Of a stretch of 64,000 nucleotides of DNA, positions 1 to 8,822 are shown piece after piece. The position numbers and the translations under genes were made by a program. The DNA lies in IMG/VR virus record IMGVR_UViG_3300025117_000038, positions 53,396 to 117,395 of that record. The stretch is one strand, 5' to 3'. Numbering within the stretch: position 1 is the first letter of the stretch; each line of letters starts with the position of its first letter. The notes under the pieces are model-generated. The model was not told where the DNA came from. It did no database searches and worked only from the letters and a program-made list of their open reading frames with translations. Source of the DNA: a virus.

Positions 1-1047
1 CAAGTAGAAGGTATAAAGAAACCGTTTTCAATACCTACATCTATTACATTATTAAATCCTCAGCATATTCAAATCCCAAGCGAATCGGTCGCTTTTGGAA
101 ATGAAGTTCTATATTTTACTCCAGATTACAATACTATGCAAGTTTTGAGGTCTGACGGAAGAAGTTATCCAGAATACATGAAATTAAAGAAGTCGTTGCC
201 CAATAACATGATAAGAAAATTAAAAAATCAACGAAGTGATAAATTAATGCTTGATTCAAGATTTGTCTCACATATCAAGAGAAAGGGGAGGGACTATAGT
301 GGATGGGGAATCCCATTTATTTTAAGAACCTTTACGGCTTTATCGATTATTAAAAAAATAAGAAAACTGGATGAATCAACAATAGAAGGTTTAATGAATT
401 TACTTGTTTTGTTTAAGGTCGGAACTGACGAATTCCCGGCAAGTCCTGAGCGCGTAGCCGCTTTAGCTTCTCTATTATCCGAACAAAAGGCCTCAACTCA
501 GTTGGTTTGGGCGCACGATTTAGATGTTTCGACACATGGCCCCGATGGTAAGGTTCTCGCGTTTAAGGATAAATATGCCGAAGCATACACCGAACTGAAG
601 AGAGGACTTGGTGTCCCTCCTGGACTTTTGGGTGAACCACAGCAGGTTCGTTATGAAGATTTGCTTGCCATGACAGAGAGATTGAACACAATAAGAAGAA
701 TTGGGTTGACGTGGTTACAGCACAGTATTTATAACAAGATTGCCATACAAAATGGATTTACTGATATTATGCCGAATCCGAGAATGGCAAGAATGAATCT
801 GTCGAATAGTGATTCATTGAAGACTCATATAATGAACTTCTATGATAGAGGGTTAATTGACACCGACACTGCCCTAACTGAAGCTGGATATGATTACGAC
901 TCTGTTGTTGATGCTAAAAAAAGAACAAAGAAAAATGACAAACTTTTCCAACCACCACAATTACCTTGGGCTGGACAAGATAATAAACAAGGTTTCAAGA
1001 ATGACAACCCGGAGAAAACAAACAAAAGAAACTCAGATGAGGAATAG
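1..1047 (+). CDS. Portal protein, 5' truncated (frame is open from base 1; ORF track starts at 136)
   Basis: Frame 1 reads QVEGIKKPFSIPTSITLLNPQHI... with no stop up to M at 136. It has portal-like motifs (YSGWGIPFI, LGVPPGLLG, YDRGLID...EAGYDY) and lies upstream of protease, scaffold and MCP. Confidence 0.75.
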   Translation, partial: QVEGIKKPFSIPTSITLLNPQHIQIPSESVAFGNEVLYFTPDYNTMQVLRSDGRSYPEYMKLKKSLPNNMIRKLKNQRSDKLMLDSRFVSHIKRKGRDYSGWGIPFILRTFTALSIIKKIRKLDESTIEGLMNLLVLFKVGTDEFPASPERVAALASLLSEQKASTQLVWAHDLDVSTHGPDGKVLAFKDKYAEAYTELKRGLGVPPGLLGEPQQVRYEDLLAMTERLNTIRRIGLTWLQHSIYNKIAIQNGFTDIMPNPRMARMNLSNSDSLKTHIMNFYDRGLIDTDTALTEAGYDYDSVVDAKKRTKKNDKLFQPPQLPWAGQDNKQGFKNDNPEKTNKRNSDEE

Positions 1048-1048
1048 T

Positions 1049-1429
1049 ATGACCCGAAAGGATACAATAAAAGAATTAGACTCTTTATGTCTAATTGATA
1101 AAGATAACAAAAGTTTTGGTATTATGGGAAGCCATAAATTCCATGTTTTGAATAATTTATTGACATCCAAAGATTGTCAGATAATTGAAATGGTGGGGAT
1201 GAATGGCGGTAAAGAAATAGACGTTGGTAAACATATTCATGAAAAAAGCACAGAAATTTTTTATCAATTATCTGGGACAACCTACTTTCACGATGGAACA
1301 CATATAAAAGAGGGAGAAATAAAGTTAATATCTCCAAATGAACAACATAATTTACATATTCAAGGAAATGGTTCTGTTGTTATTATTATCCATCCGGTAG
1401 ATGAAAAATTAAGATTATTAACTTCATAA
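1049..1429 (+). CDS. Cupin-domain protein
   Basis: Cupin motifs HIHEKSTEIFYQLSG and EGEIKLISPNEQHNL. Likely start is ATG 1049 after GAGG. Confidence 0.7.
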   Translation: MTRKDTIKELDSLCLIDKDNKSFGIMGSHKFHVLNNLLTSKDCQIIEMVGMNGGKEIDVGKHIHEKSTEIFYQLSGTTYFHDGTHIKEGEIKLISPNEQHNLHIQGNGSVVIIIHPVDEKLRLLTS

Positions 1430-1438
1430 GGGGGTGAA

Positions 1439-1756
1439 ATGGGTGATGATTTAAAGGAGTTGAGTGCTAAATGTTCTGAACTGTCCTCAATTTGTAGTGA
1501 TATGAAAGCACAACTAAGAATGCTTAATCCTGCCGATTTAATAGAATTTAAAGGTAAAATTGTTAATGCTCTTGCCCATTTTGATAGTGATTTAGCTTCT
1601 TTGGAGAAAAGAATGACAAAGAATGAAACCGAGATAGCAAGCAACAAAGAGAGTATTGCTATTTTAAAAGCTAAAATTGGAATAGTTGGATTTATTTCTG
1701 GGTTATTTGCCGGAGGAATAATTAACGCAATTTTATATTTAATATTTAGGGTGTAA
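1439..1756 (+). CDS. Coiled-coil protein with C-terminal transmembrane helix (possible holin or membrane protein)
   Basis: Heptad-rich N-terminus, hydrophobic C-terminus IGIVGFISGLFAGGIINAILYLIF, and RBS GGGGTG. Confidence 0.5.
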   Translation: MGDDLKELSAKCSELSSICSDMKAQLRMLNPADLIEFKGKIVNALAHFDSDLASLEKRMTKNETEIASNKESIAILKAKIGIVGFISGLFAGGIINAILYLIFRV

Positions 1757-1780
1757 TTTGTTGTTATATATAGTGTTATA
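1754..1780 (+). promoter_or_regulatory. Copy of intergenic TAA-N4-TTG-N12-TTA motif (putative operator) upstream of head operon
   Basis: taatttgttgttatatatagtgttata. The same spacing recurs at 21745, 59635, 59757, 62549 and 62631 (inverted). Confidence 0.45.
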
Positions 1781-1868
1781 TTAAACAAAATGATTATGTT
1801 AAAAAAAATGGGGAATATTTAATAAAAAATAAGTATTTGTATTAGAGATACAATTTAATGGAGTAAAA

Positions 1869-2582
1869 ATGATTATAGCCGACAAAATTACCCATTTCAT
1901 GGGTTCGAATGTAGAAATTTATAGTAAGCCTATTAGTGAAGCCGGAGAAGCTATTGCCAGAAAAAATCATACCGAAGATTTAATGTATCTGAAATTTGAA
2001 TTATTACATGCTAATACTAATCGCAATAAAGACGAATTTTTAAAAGATGAATTAAAAGCTGCTTATCAAACACTGGTTGACAAACCGATTAACTGGGAGC
2101 ATCGCCCCAACGAAATAATCGGTCATGTTTATTCGGCTGATTATGTTGAGTATAAACCGGAGGCTGAAGCCAGTTCACCAGTAGATACTAAAACCGATGT
2201 TGTTGTTTGTGAAGGTGTTGTTTATAAATATAAAATTCCCACAAGAGCTATGGAAATCCAAAGACGTTATGCTGAGAAGAAACTTTTCTATTCCATGGAA
2301 ACGTATTTTGAAAAAGCTAAATGTTCTGAGTGTGGAAAAGAATTTGAAGATAGTATTGACTATTGTGAACACTTGACAACAAGATTCGAAAGAGGTAGTA
2401 CAGCAAGGAGACAGTTAATTGGTCTATTATTCGGTGGTGCTGGTTGTGTTAAAAATCCAGCCGATGATGCAAGGGGATTAATTGTAGCTTCTCAAAGGAC
2501 TAATTCAATTATATCATTAATCGATATTCTTGGTGATAGATTTACTGTTGAAGATTATTTCGAATACATTAAAAAACAATAG
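1869..2582 (+). CDS. Putative prohead protease / head maturation protein with Zn-binding motif
   Basis: NRNKDEF...LVDKPINWEH...IIGHV, YSMETYF..AKCSECG...YCEHL, LLFGGAGCVKNPAD. Sits between portal and scaffold. Confidence 0.65.
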   Translation: MIIADKITHFMGSNVEIYSKPISEAGEAIARKNHTEDLMYLKFELLHANTNRNKDEFLKDELKAAYQTLVDKPINWEHRPNEIIGHVYSADYVEYKPEAEASSPVDTKTDVVVCEGVVYKYKIPTRAMEIQRRYAEKKLFYSMETYFEKAKCSECGKEFEDSIDYCEHLTTRFERGSTARRQLIGLLFGGAGCVKNPADDARGLIVASQRTNSIISLIDILGDRFTVEDYFEYIKKQ

Positions 2583-2591
2583 GGGTTTATT

Positions 2592-3416
2592 ATGATAAAT
2601 AAAATAGATGAAAAATATAGGAATGTTTTATTAAAGTATGTTTCACCAGTTGGTGAAAAACCTGTTTTTGGTGATAATATTAATGGAATTTTTTCTATAG
2701 ATACGAAAGAAGCGATAACCGCTTCTATAGAAGGACTGTTAAATGATGCTAATGTTCTGAAGATTTATTCAAATACCGAAAGGTTGGAAATTTTTAGAAA
2801 CATTATAGAGGCATCTTATGATATGGGAAATGATATAACCGATATAATAAAGGAAGTTTCGAAAGGAGGCTTTACAGTGAAGGTATACACAGAAGAAGAA
2901 ATGCAAGCCAAAGCCAAAGAACTTGCTGATTCTATGTTTGAGGAAAAACTGAAGAGTACGGCTAAAGAAGATACCGAATCTTTGTTTACCCAAAAACTCG
3001 ATGAAGTCAAAGCTCAGGTGACGGCACTTGAAAAGAAAAATTCTGATTTAGAACAGAAGGTTGCAGATGCAGAAAAAGAAAAACAAGATATTTTAGCAGA
3101 GCAAAAAAAGCAAGAGACAATTGCCAAAAGAACTCTTGAGCTGAAAGCACTTGGTTTTGATTTCGAAGCTAATAAAGAGATGGTTGCAACCTACCTTACT
3201 TCTAATGACGGAGACTATGAAAATTTCAAAAAGATTATAGCTAAGATTGCCGCCGATACCGCTAATGATATAAAGGCTAAAGCTGAAGCTGAGAAGGCAA
3301 AGCTTGGTAGTGATGGCGACTTGGCTGCGGCATCGACCATTGTTCCTAACAATGTTAGTGATGCAGGTGAAGGTGTTTTTGATAAAATTATGAAAGAAAA
3401 ATTGAAAATAAAGTAA
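2592..3416 (+). CDS. Capsid scaffold protein
   Basis: E/K/A-rich coiled coil directly upstream of the capsid genes. Confidence 0.55.
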   Translation: MINKIDEKYRNVLLKYVSPVGEKPVFGDNINGIFSIDTKEAITASIEGLLNDANVLKIYSNTERLEIFRNIIEASYDMGNDITDIIKEVSKGGFTVKVYTEEEMQAKAKELADSMFEEKLKSTAKEDTESLFTQKLDEVKAQVTALEKKNSDLEQKVADAEKEKQDILAEQKKQETIAKRTLELKALGFDFEANKEMVATYLTSNDGDYENFKKIIAKIAADTANDIKAKAEAEKAKLGSDGDLAAASTIVPNNVSDAGEGVFDKIMKEKLKIK

Positions 3417-3436
3417 CTTGAAAGGGGTGAAGATAA

Positions 3437-4114
3437 ATGTTAGAAGTAAAAGTTCCCGGTTTTAGAAATGGGTACAGTTATAAAGCTGGCGAAGCTCTAT
3501 TAATGGGTACAGTTGGATATATTTCTGGTATTGATTCAAGTGGATATTTTTTAATTAAAGCTCCTAGTACATCAACAACGGCTGCTTTAACTATTTATCC
3601 GTTTAAGAAGTATACAGATGATAATGAGGGCAGTGATACTGCTTCTGCTTACGAATCTATTCCTAGTGGCTCCGGTCTTGTCGTTTTTGAGGGATTTGGA
3701 GAATATGTAACAGATAAGTTCGTTCATACTGGTCTTGTTAATACAAGTTCAACTCAGTTGTTCCACGATTCTGCTCAGTATGCATCAATGACATCTACGG
3801 CACATTATACTACATATGGAACAAAAATGAAATTCCTGTATCCGTGTATTACTGCTGGAAAGCTTGGATATTTAGCTGGTACATCGACCAACGCTGGATT
3901 TGCTGACGCTGCTTATACTGGTACTCAAATAAAGCCATCATGGAATAAGAATTTTATTCTTGTTAGACCTTATTCTGGAATGTATATCAATAACTCAAAG
4001 ATTGCGTTCAGAACAGTGCCGTCGTCACCAGTTTGGGGTGGAATGTATGTTAGTAGCACAAATGCTGCTAATGGTAATCCTACCTTAGAAATGTCACCAT
4101 ATTATAACAGTTAA
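3437..4114 (+). CDS. Putative capsid decoration/cement protein
   Basis: S/T/G-rich beta protein immediately before the MCP, with a strong RBS. Confidence 0.45.
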   Translation: MLEVKVPGFRNGYSYKAGEALLMGTVGYISGIDSSGYFLIKAPSTSTTAALTIYPFKKYTDDNEGSDTASAYESIPSGSGLVVFEGFGEYVTDKFVHTGLVNTSSTQLFHDSAQYASMTSTAHYTTYGTKMKFLYPCITAGKLGYLAGTSTNAGFADAAYTGTQIKPSWNKNFILVRPYSGMYINNSKIAFRTVPSSPVWGGMYVSSTNAANGNPTLEMSPYYNS

Positions 4115-4139
4115 TATTAATTTGAAGGAGGTTGTTTTA

Positions 4140-5027
4140 ATGGACATTAAAGATAGACAAGCATTGGCAAAAGCATTTGCAGAAGAAGCTGCGAGTGCTA
4201 TGGAAACTCCCGAAACAAGGGAAGCCTTTGCTACGAAGATTGTTAAATATCTTCGAATGGACGTTCAACAGCGCGACCTTGCAGAATTAATGTTGACTAA
4301 GGATTATTTTGAACTTGGACAAACGCCGGAATATACTGAGTTTGCCGGACTGAAAGCCCACTGGCATGAGCCGGGGTCATATGCACCAAGAAGTGCCATG
4401 ACTCGTAAGGTTTTTACTGTTCCGACAGACATGATAAGTGTCCATCCAGAATATGAATTAGGGCAACTTAAATCTGGTCGCTACGGAACGATTTTAGACC
4501 AAATGGATTCAGCGAGAGATGAAATCCTCGGAGCTACCAATGCTCTTGTTTTTAACACTATTAAGGGGTCGATTGTGTCTGGTGATGCTAACTATTTCGC
4601 CGCAAGTGGACAGGTTACATTAGCGGCACTTGACCAAGCTATTAGTTGGGTTAATGACCACTCTAATGGTGTTAAGGCTATTGTCGGAAGGCGTAGCAGG
4701 TTGGATAAGATTCTTGGTTTGAATACAACCAGTGGTCCTTATTCTGATAGAATTTTGGACGAAATCATGAGAACCGGAGTTTTGTCAATTTATAAGGGTG
4801 CTCCTGTTATTGGACTACCTCAATACTACGACGGTTTCGGTCAAGCTACAATATCCCCTGACGATATTATCGTTCTTGGTGATAATGTTGGCCGTTATGT
4901 TGTAAAAGAGGAAGTTCAACAAATGAACGATATCGACATTGATACACTAAATTGGCATATGCATGTGTGGAGTAGACTCGGTTGCGCGATTTTCAAGCCC
5001 GAAAGAGCTGCACGTATTTATATGTAA
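4140..5027 (+). CDS. Major capsid protein (HK97 fold)
   Basis: About 295 aa, with HK97-like C-terminal signature GVLSIYKGAPVIGL...WSRLGCAIFKPERAARI. GGAGG RBS and expected gene order. Confidence 0.75.
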   Translation: MDIKDRQALAKAFAEEAASAMETPETREAFATKIVKYLRMDVQQRDLAELMLTKDYFELGQTPEYTEFAGLKAHWHEPGSYAPRSAMTRKVFTVPTDMISVHPEYELGQLKSGRYGTILDQMDSARDEILGATNALVFNTIKGSIVSGDANYFAASGQVTLAALDQAISWVNDHSNGVKAIVGRRSRLDKILGLNTTSGPYSDRILDEIMRTGVLSIYKGAPVIGLPQYYDGFGQATISPDDIIVLGDNVGRYVVKEEVQQMNDIDIDTLNWHMHVWSRLGCAIFKPERAARIYM

Positions 5028-5034
5028 TTTTAAA

Positions 5035-5056
5035 GGGGGAATTATCCCCCATTATT
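5035..5056 (+). terminator. Probable intrinsic terminator hairpin after MCP
   Basis: ggggga-attat-ccccc followed by attatt (weak U tract). Confidence 0.5.
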
Positions 5057-5070
5057 AGGAGGAATGGAAA

Positions 5071-5691
5071 ATGGACGAGAAGAAAAGAGGAAGACCGAAA
5101 GGAAGTAAAAATAAATCAAAAGATAATCAAACATCTGTTGAAGTTACGCAACAGGAAAATAACAAGAGAATTGTCTTAAGACCAGTCAATGAAAGTGGTC
5201 GATTTATTAATTCCGAAGGCGTTCTATATGAAGAAAAAGTTTTTTATAGCTTTAAGAATAGATTAAAAGGTGCATTTTTTTATAAGGGTGATGACGGTTC
5301 CGATAAAAAAATCGATGGACTAACAATCAGAAATGACATTACCCCAAGAGAAAGAGAAGATATTACCGGATGTCACGCATTTCAAGAAGGTTTTATAGTA
5401 GAGTGGGCTGATGATACTGTTAAGCCTACGAATTATAATGCCATGAGTGACAGGCAAATAGATGCAGTTATGAAAGAGTATGGTTTATTAGAAGATAAAG
5501 ATAAATTCAAAAACTATATTAACAGTATGACATCTATTTTTTCTCTTGAATATTTTAGGGACAAAGTAAAAGATACTTTACCGGGTTCGATTATAACATA
5601 TATTGACAGTCGCATTGGCGAATTAAGAGAAGCTGAATATGCGAAGTTAGCTGTCAACAAAAAAGAATATAAACAAGGTTTAAAAAAATAG
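5071..5691 (+). CDS. Hypothetical protein with N-terminal AT-hook-like KRGRPKGSKNK
   Basis: Long ORF with RBS AGGAGG. Confidence 0.55.
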   Translation: MDEKKRGRPKGSKNKSKDNQTSVEVTQQENNKRIVLRPVNESGRFINSEGVLYEEKVFYSFKNRLKGAFFYKGDDGSDKKIDGLTIRNDITPREREDITGCHAFQEGFIVEWADDTVKPTNYNAMSDRQIDAVMKEYGLLEDKDKFKNYINSMTSIFSLEYFRDKVKDTLPGSIITYIDSRIGELREAEYAKLAVNKKEYKQGLKK

Positions 5692-5705
5692 AAAGGAGAT
5701 TATAG

Positions 5706-6329
5706 ATGGCAGCTACTTGGGAAGTTACTGGTATCGCTGGAGATAGTAATACCGCTACTGCTGGGGCTGTTAGGGTTCCCATTAATGCTACGTCAGCAAT
5801 TGCATTTGGTGGTGGAACGAGGGGAACCGCATTATTAACGGCAATTCAAAAAGATGAAGTCGCGATGTCGATGCATATTTGCGATGCCGCATCAGAATCT
5901 GCTCATGATAGATGTGCTAGTCCTCATATGCATGTAATGGCATATGCAGCAACGGCAGGATATTGCTATAATGATACCGTATACGAAGCTATTTCGGTAG
6001 CATCTCCTCCAGCAGCAAGGGGTATTGAGTTTAGATTTGGATTTGATTCAGACGTTGAAATTACAGCATGTACAATTCATGCTGGAACTGGTGCTAATGT
6101 TGATGGTATGACTGAAAATTGTGGAATTTATTTTTGTGAAAGAAGCAATAGCAGTGCAGTGTGTGGGCAAGTTACATGGAGCAGAGCTTTTTACGGAAGT
6201 GCCTTAAGTCTACATCCATTTTCAACGGCAGCAAATTCAAGAGATTGGTATGTTGGAATTTCATTAAAAGCAACCGCAGTTGGTTTTGAGTCTGATAATA
6301 AAATTAAAATTGAAGCAACTTATCAATAG
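5706..6329 (+). CDS. Putative virion structural protein
   Basis: A/G/T-rich beta composition, RBS AAGGAG. Confidence 0.45.
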   Translation: MAATWEVTGIAGDSNTATAGAVRVPINATSAIAFGGGTRGTALLTAIQKDEVAMSMHICDAASESAHDRCASPHMHVMAYAATAGYCYNDTVYEAISVASPPAARGIEFRFGFDSDVEITACTIHAGTGANVDGMTENCGIYFCERSNSSAVCGQVTWSRAFYGSALSLHPFSTAANSRDWYVGISLKATAVGFESDNKIKIEATYQ

Positions 6330-6337
6330 GTGGTAAT

Positions 6338-6538
6338 ATGGATGAAACAAAAGGCGCAAAGCCCCTTGAAATAGTTGGTTCCGTATCTGTTTCGATTATG
6401 TCAGATGGGGTGTATTTATCATTTAGAGAAGAGCCTAAAACTGATGATGGTTGGGCGTCAACGGTTAATCTTCCATTTGCCATATATGAAAAATTTAAAG
6501 CTAATAAAGTAAAAATAACTGTTTCGAAGGCAGAATAG
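6338..6538 (+). CDS. Hypothetical protein
   Basis: Tightly packed ORF with RBS AGGTGG. Confidence 0.5.
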   Translation: MDETKGAKPLEIVGSVSVSIMSDGVYLSFREEPKTDDGWASTVNLPFAIYEKFKANKVKITVSKAE

Positions 6539-6546
6539 GGGGGATA

Positions 6547-6837
6547 ATGGTTGGTTTTGTAACATTATTATCGAGTACTGATGCTCAAACAGCATTCCCT
6601 TCTGGTTCTCATATTAAAATTAATGGGATATACCCATATCGATTGGTTGGTACAGCAGAAGCAACGGCATCGTTCTATAACGCTAGTGATGGTTTGATAT
6701 ATTTCTATACGGCGTATCAAAACCACCCTACTATTCCTATTACATTCCCCAATGGAGTAGAAACAAATGGTTTTGTTGTTAATACCGGAACCAACATAGG
6801 ATGCACGATAGCGGTTGAATTTTTATACGCAAACTAA
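6547..6837 (+). CDS. Small putative structural protein
   Basis: Beta-rich; ITFPNGVE...GFVV resembles small phage decoration proteins. Confidence 0.45.
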   Translation: MVGFVTLLSSTDAQTAFPSGSHIKINGIYPYRLVGTAEATASFYNASDGLIYFYTAYQNHPTIPITFPNGVETNGFVVNTGTNIGCTIAVEFLYAN

Positions 6838-6841
6838 AAAC

Positions 6842-6900
6842 GAGAAAGTATGCAGAAATCTCCTATTTGAACAAATGAAATATAAATAGGAGACTTTCTC
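6842..6900 (+). promoter_or_regulatory. Long bulged intergenic hairpin (terminator, attenuator or processing site)
   Basis: gagaaag(6842-48)/ctttctc(6894-6900) and tctcctattt(6859-68)/aaataggaga(6884-93). Confidence 0.45.
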
Positions 6901-6916
6901 TTATTTGGAGGATAGG

Positions 6917-7378
6917 ATGAATAATAAGTGGATGGTGAGTTTGTCTGACGGTCAGACAATCGTTGAGACAAAACTTATCAACAACGGAAACAAGCTGAGT
7001 CCTTGGTTGCAATTATTGAATTACTTAAGGAAAAATAAGGACAAAAAAATCCTAAGTATTCAGGTGGTAATAAATGGGAAAATTTATAATACTCCACGAC
7101 TGCAACATAAAACTAATGCTAAGTTTGTTGATTCCGATAAACCAGATAGACTATGGTGTTCTAAAAAAGCATCACAGATATTTGTAGGGGGATGGACTTA
7201 TTCATCTTCTTACGGTTTATCTTATCGTTTTGGTGACTATCGACATTATTTGTGGATAGACGAAAAAACAAACGAAACTCATACCGAAATAGTTCCAATC
7301 AAGGGTCACAGAGAAGAAGTAATAGAAAAATTCTATGACGAGGTAGTTGGTAATGAGTGCGACATTTCAACTATATAG
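6917..7378 (+). CDS. Hypothetical phage protein (W.V.LSDG.T motif)
   Basis: ORF with GGAGG RBS before ATG 6917. Confidence 0.55.
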   Translation: MNNKWMVSLSDGQTIVETKLINNGNKLSPWLQLLNYLRKNKDKKILSIQVVINGKIYNTPRLQHKTNAKFVDSDKPDRLWCSKKASQIFVGGWTYSSSYGLSYRFGDYRHYLWIDEKTNETHTEIVPIKGHREEVIEKFYDEVVGNECDISTI

Positions 7379-7856
7379 AGATTATGGTGAAAGTCTTCAC
7401 TCTTCCAGTAATACCAACTGGGTTGTAAATTTACTTAATGTAGATAGTGTTAATTGTATTTCAACAAATTACCCAATAGCCAGACCCGATGATGGAACTA
7501 TTAAAACTTCATATGAAGCTTGGACATATTTTTATATGACCAAAGCTCCCCAGACGAGATGTGAGAACTTCAAATTCTGGGGTCCCTCAGATAATGTAGC
7601 CCAAGGAGTAACTCTTTGGTGTTCTGCAATTCCCCGCGCAAGCGGACAAACCCCATCATTAACATCTTTAATATGCGTAACTTCCGCAAGACCGCACAAT
7701 ACCCCAGGTACATCGGTACTTTTGAATGGAAATTGCAGTGGTGTTGGAAGTCCCTCTGGTTATTTGGTTTTACAACTTAGAGTAGATAGCTCTGCTAATA
7801 TAGGTCAAATAACCGGGGACACTATGGTTATGCATATCTCGTATGACGAATCATAG
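7353..7856 (+). CDS. Putative virion structural protein
   Basis: NYPI...SYEAW...NFKFW...YLVLQLRV...YDES pattern typical of phage structural beta proteins. Confidence 0.5.
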   Translation: MSATFQLYRDYGESLHSSSNTNWVVNLLNVDSVNCISTNYPIARPDDGTIKTSYEAWTYFYMTKAPQTRCENFKFWGPSDNVAQGVTLWCSAIPRASGQTPSLTSLICVTSARPHNTPGTSVLLNGNCSGVGSPSGYLVLQLRVDSSANIGQITGDTMVMHISYDES

Positions 7857-7876
7857 TCTCTCCACAAGGAGAGTAT

Positions 7877-8206
7877 ATGGGTCATAATTCAATCTATGAA
7901 TGGAAAATTCTTAAAAAGGATGGTTCTATAGTTACATCTGATGGGAAAATTCTTTCTAATGTTAATCATTCTGAAATTGAATCGATTTTATTCTATCCTT
8001 TTACGTATAGATTCCCATCAATATATTATAAAACAGAAGGAAGAAAAATAATTCATTTTACCAGAGTTTTTTGTAATATTACCAATGGAGAGGTCGACAG
8101 GGTACTTTACGTATTCGGAGTTGATGGTGATGATATTGATGTTATTGAGTATCCTTCTGGTAACTCATATAAGGTTAAAAGAATAGAGGATATAGACAAT
8201 GTATAA
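7877..8206 (+). CDS. Hypothetical protein
   Basis: ORF with AAGGAG RBS. The N-terminal W..L.KDG resembles the 6917 protein. Confidence 0.5.
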   Translation: MGHNSIYEWKILKKDGSIVTSDGKILSNVNHSEIESILFYPFTYRFPSIYYKTEGRKIIHFTRVFCNITNGEVDRVLYVFGVDGDDIDVIEYPSGNSYKVKRIEDIDNV

Positions 8207-8822
8207 TATAGAAGAAATTAAAAATACAATAATTTGTGATGATTACAATAATGTGGTCGAGTCGATTCCAGATAATTGGGGACATTTGATTATCAGAGAT
8301 TTTGATGCTCCATTAATCTGTAACAGTAATTACAAAATTTTTGACTATTTAATTAACGAGATAAACAATATTGTAGTCAAATGGACGTCTAAACTTATTA
8401 ATGGATGTTTCTTTGTTTTTATTTTACCACAAGATTTTAGTGATGAAAATAAATATTGGAGTTATGTCTCAAATATTTCGGCTATATTTGATATGAATAA
8501 TATTGTTTTACATGCTCATCAGAAAAATGCTCCAAACGGAAGACAAATTATAGTTGGAAGGAAAGGTAAAAAAACAAGAAAATATATATTTAGAGATGTA
8601 AATCTTTACGATGATACTACATATTATAAAGATGGATTGTTTTACCTACCTGTGGTAAAATTAGTTTGCGACATGACTGGTATTTCCGAAAATATTGTTG
8701 ACCTTGGTTGTGGTGGGGGAACGATTTGCTTGGCAGCGAAGAAAGAGGGAAGAAATTTCATAGGGATAGATAATATAGCAGGAAACGTAAAAATATCGAG
8801 GAATAGGTTAAATGAGATATAA
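8199..8822 (+). CDS. Degenerate N6/N4 DNA methyltransferase-like protein
   Basis: C-terminal SAM motif IVDLGCGGGTICLAAKKEGRNFIGID and N-terminal NTIICDD...IPDNWGHLII, but DPPY is replaced by RDFDAP. Confidence 0.6.
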   Translation: MYNIEEIKNTIICDDYNNVVESIPDNWGHLIIRDFDAPLICNSNYKIFDYLINEINNIVVKWTSKLINGCFFVFILPQDFSDENKYWSYVSNISAIFDMNNIVLHAHQKNAPNGRQIIVGRKGKKTRKYIFRDVNLYDDTTYYKDGLFYLPVVKLVCDMTGISENIVDLGCGGGTICLAAKKEGRNFIGIDNIAGNVKISRNRLNEI

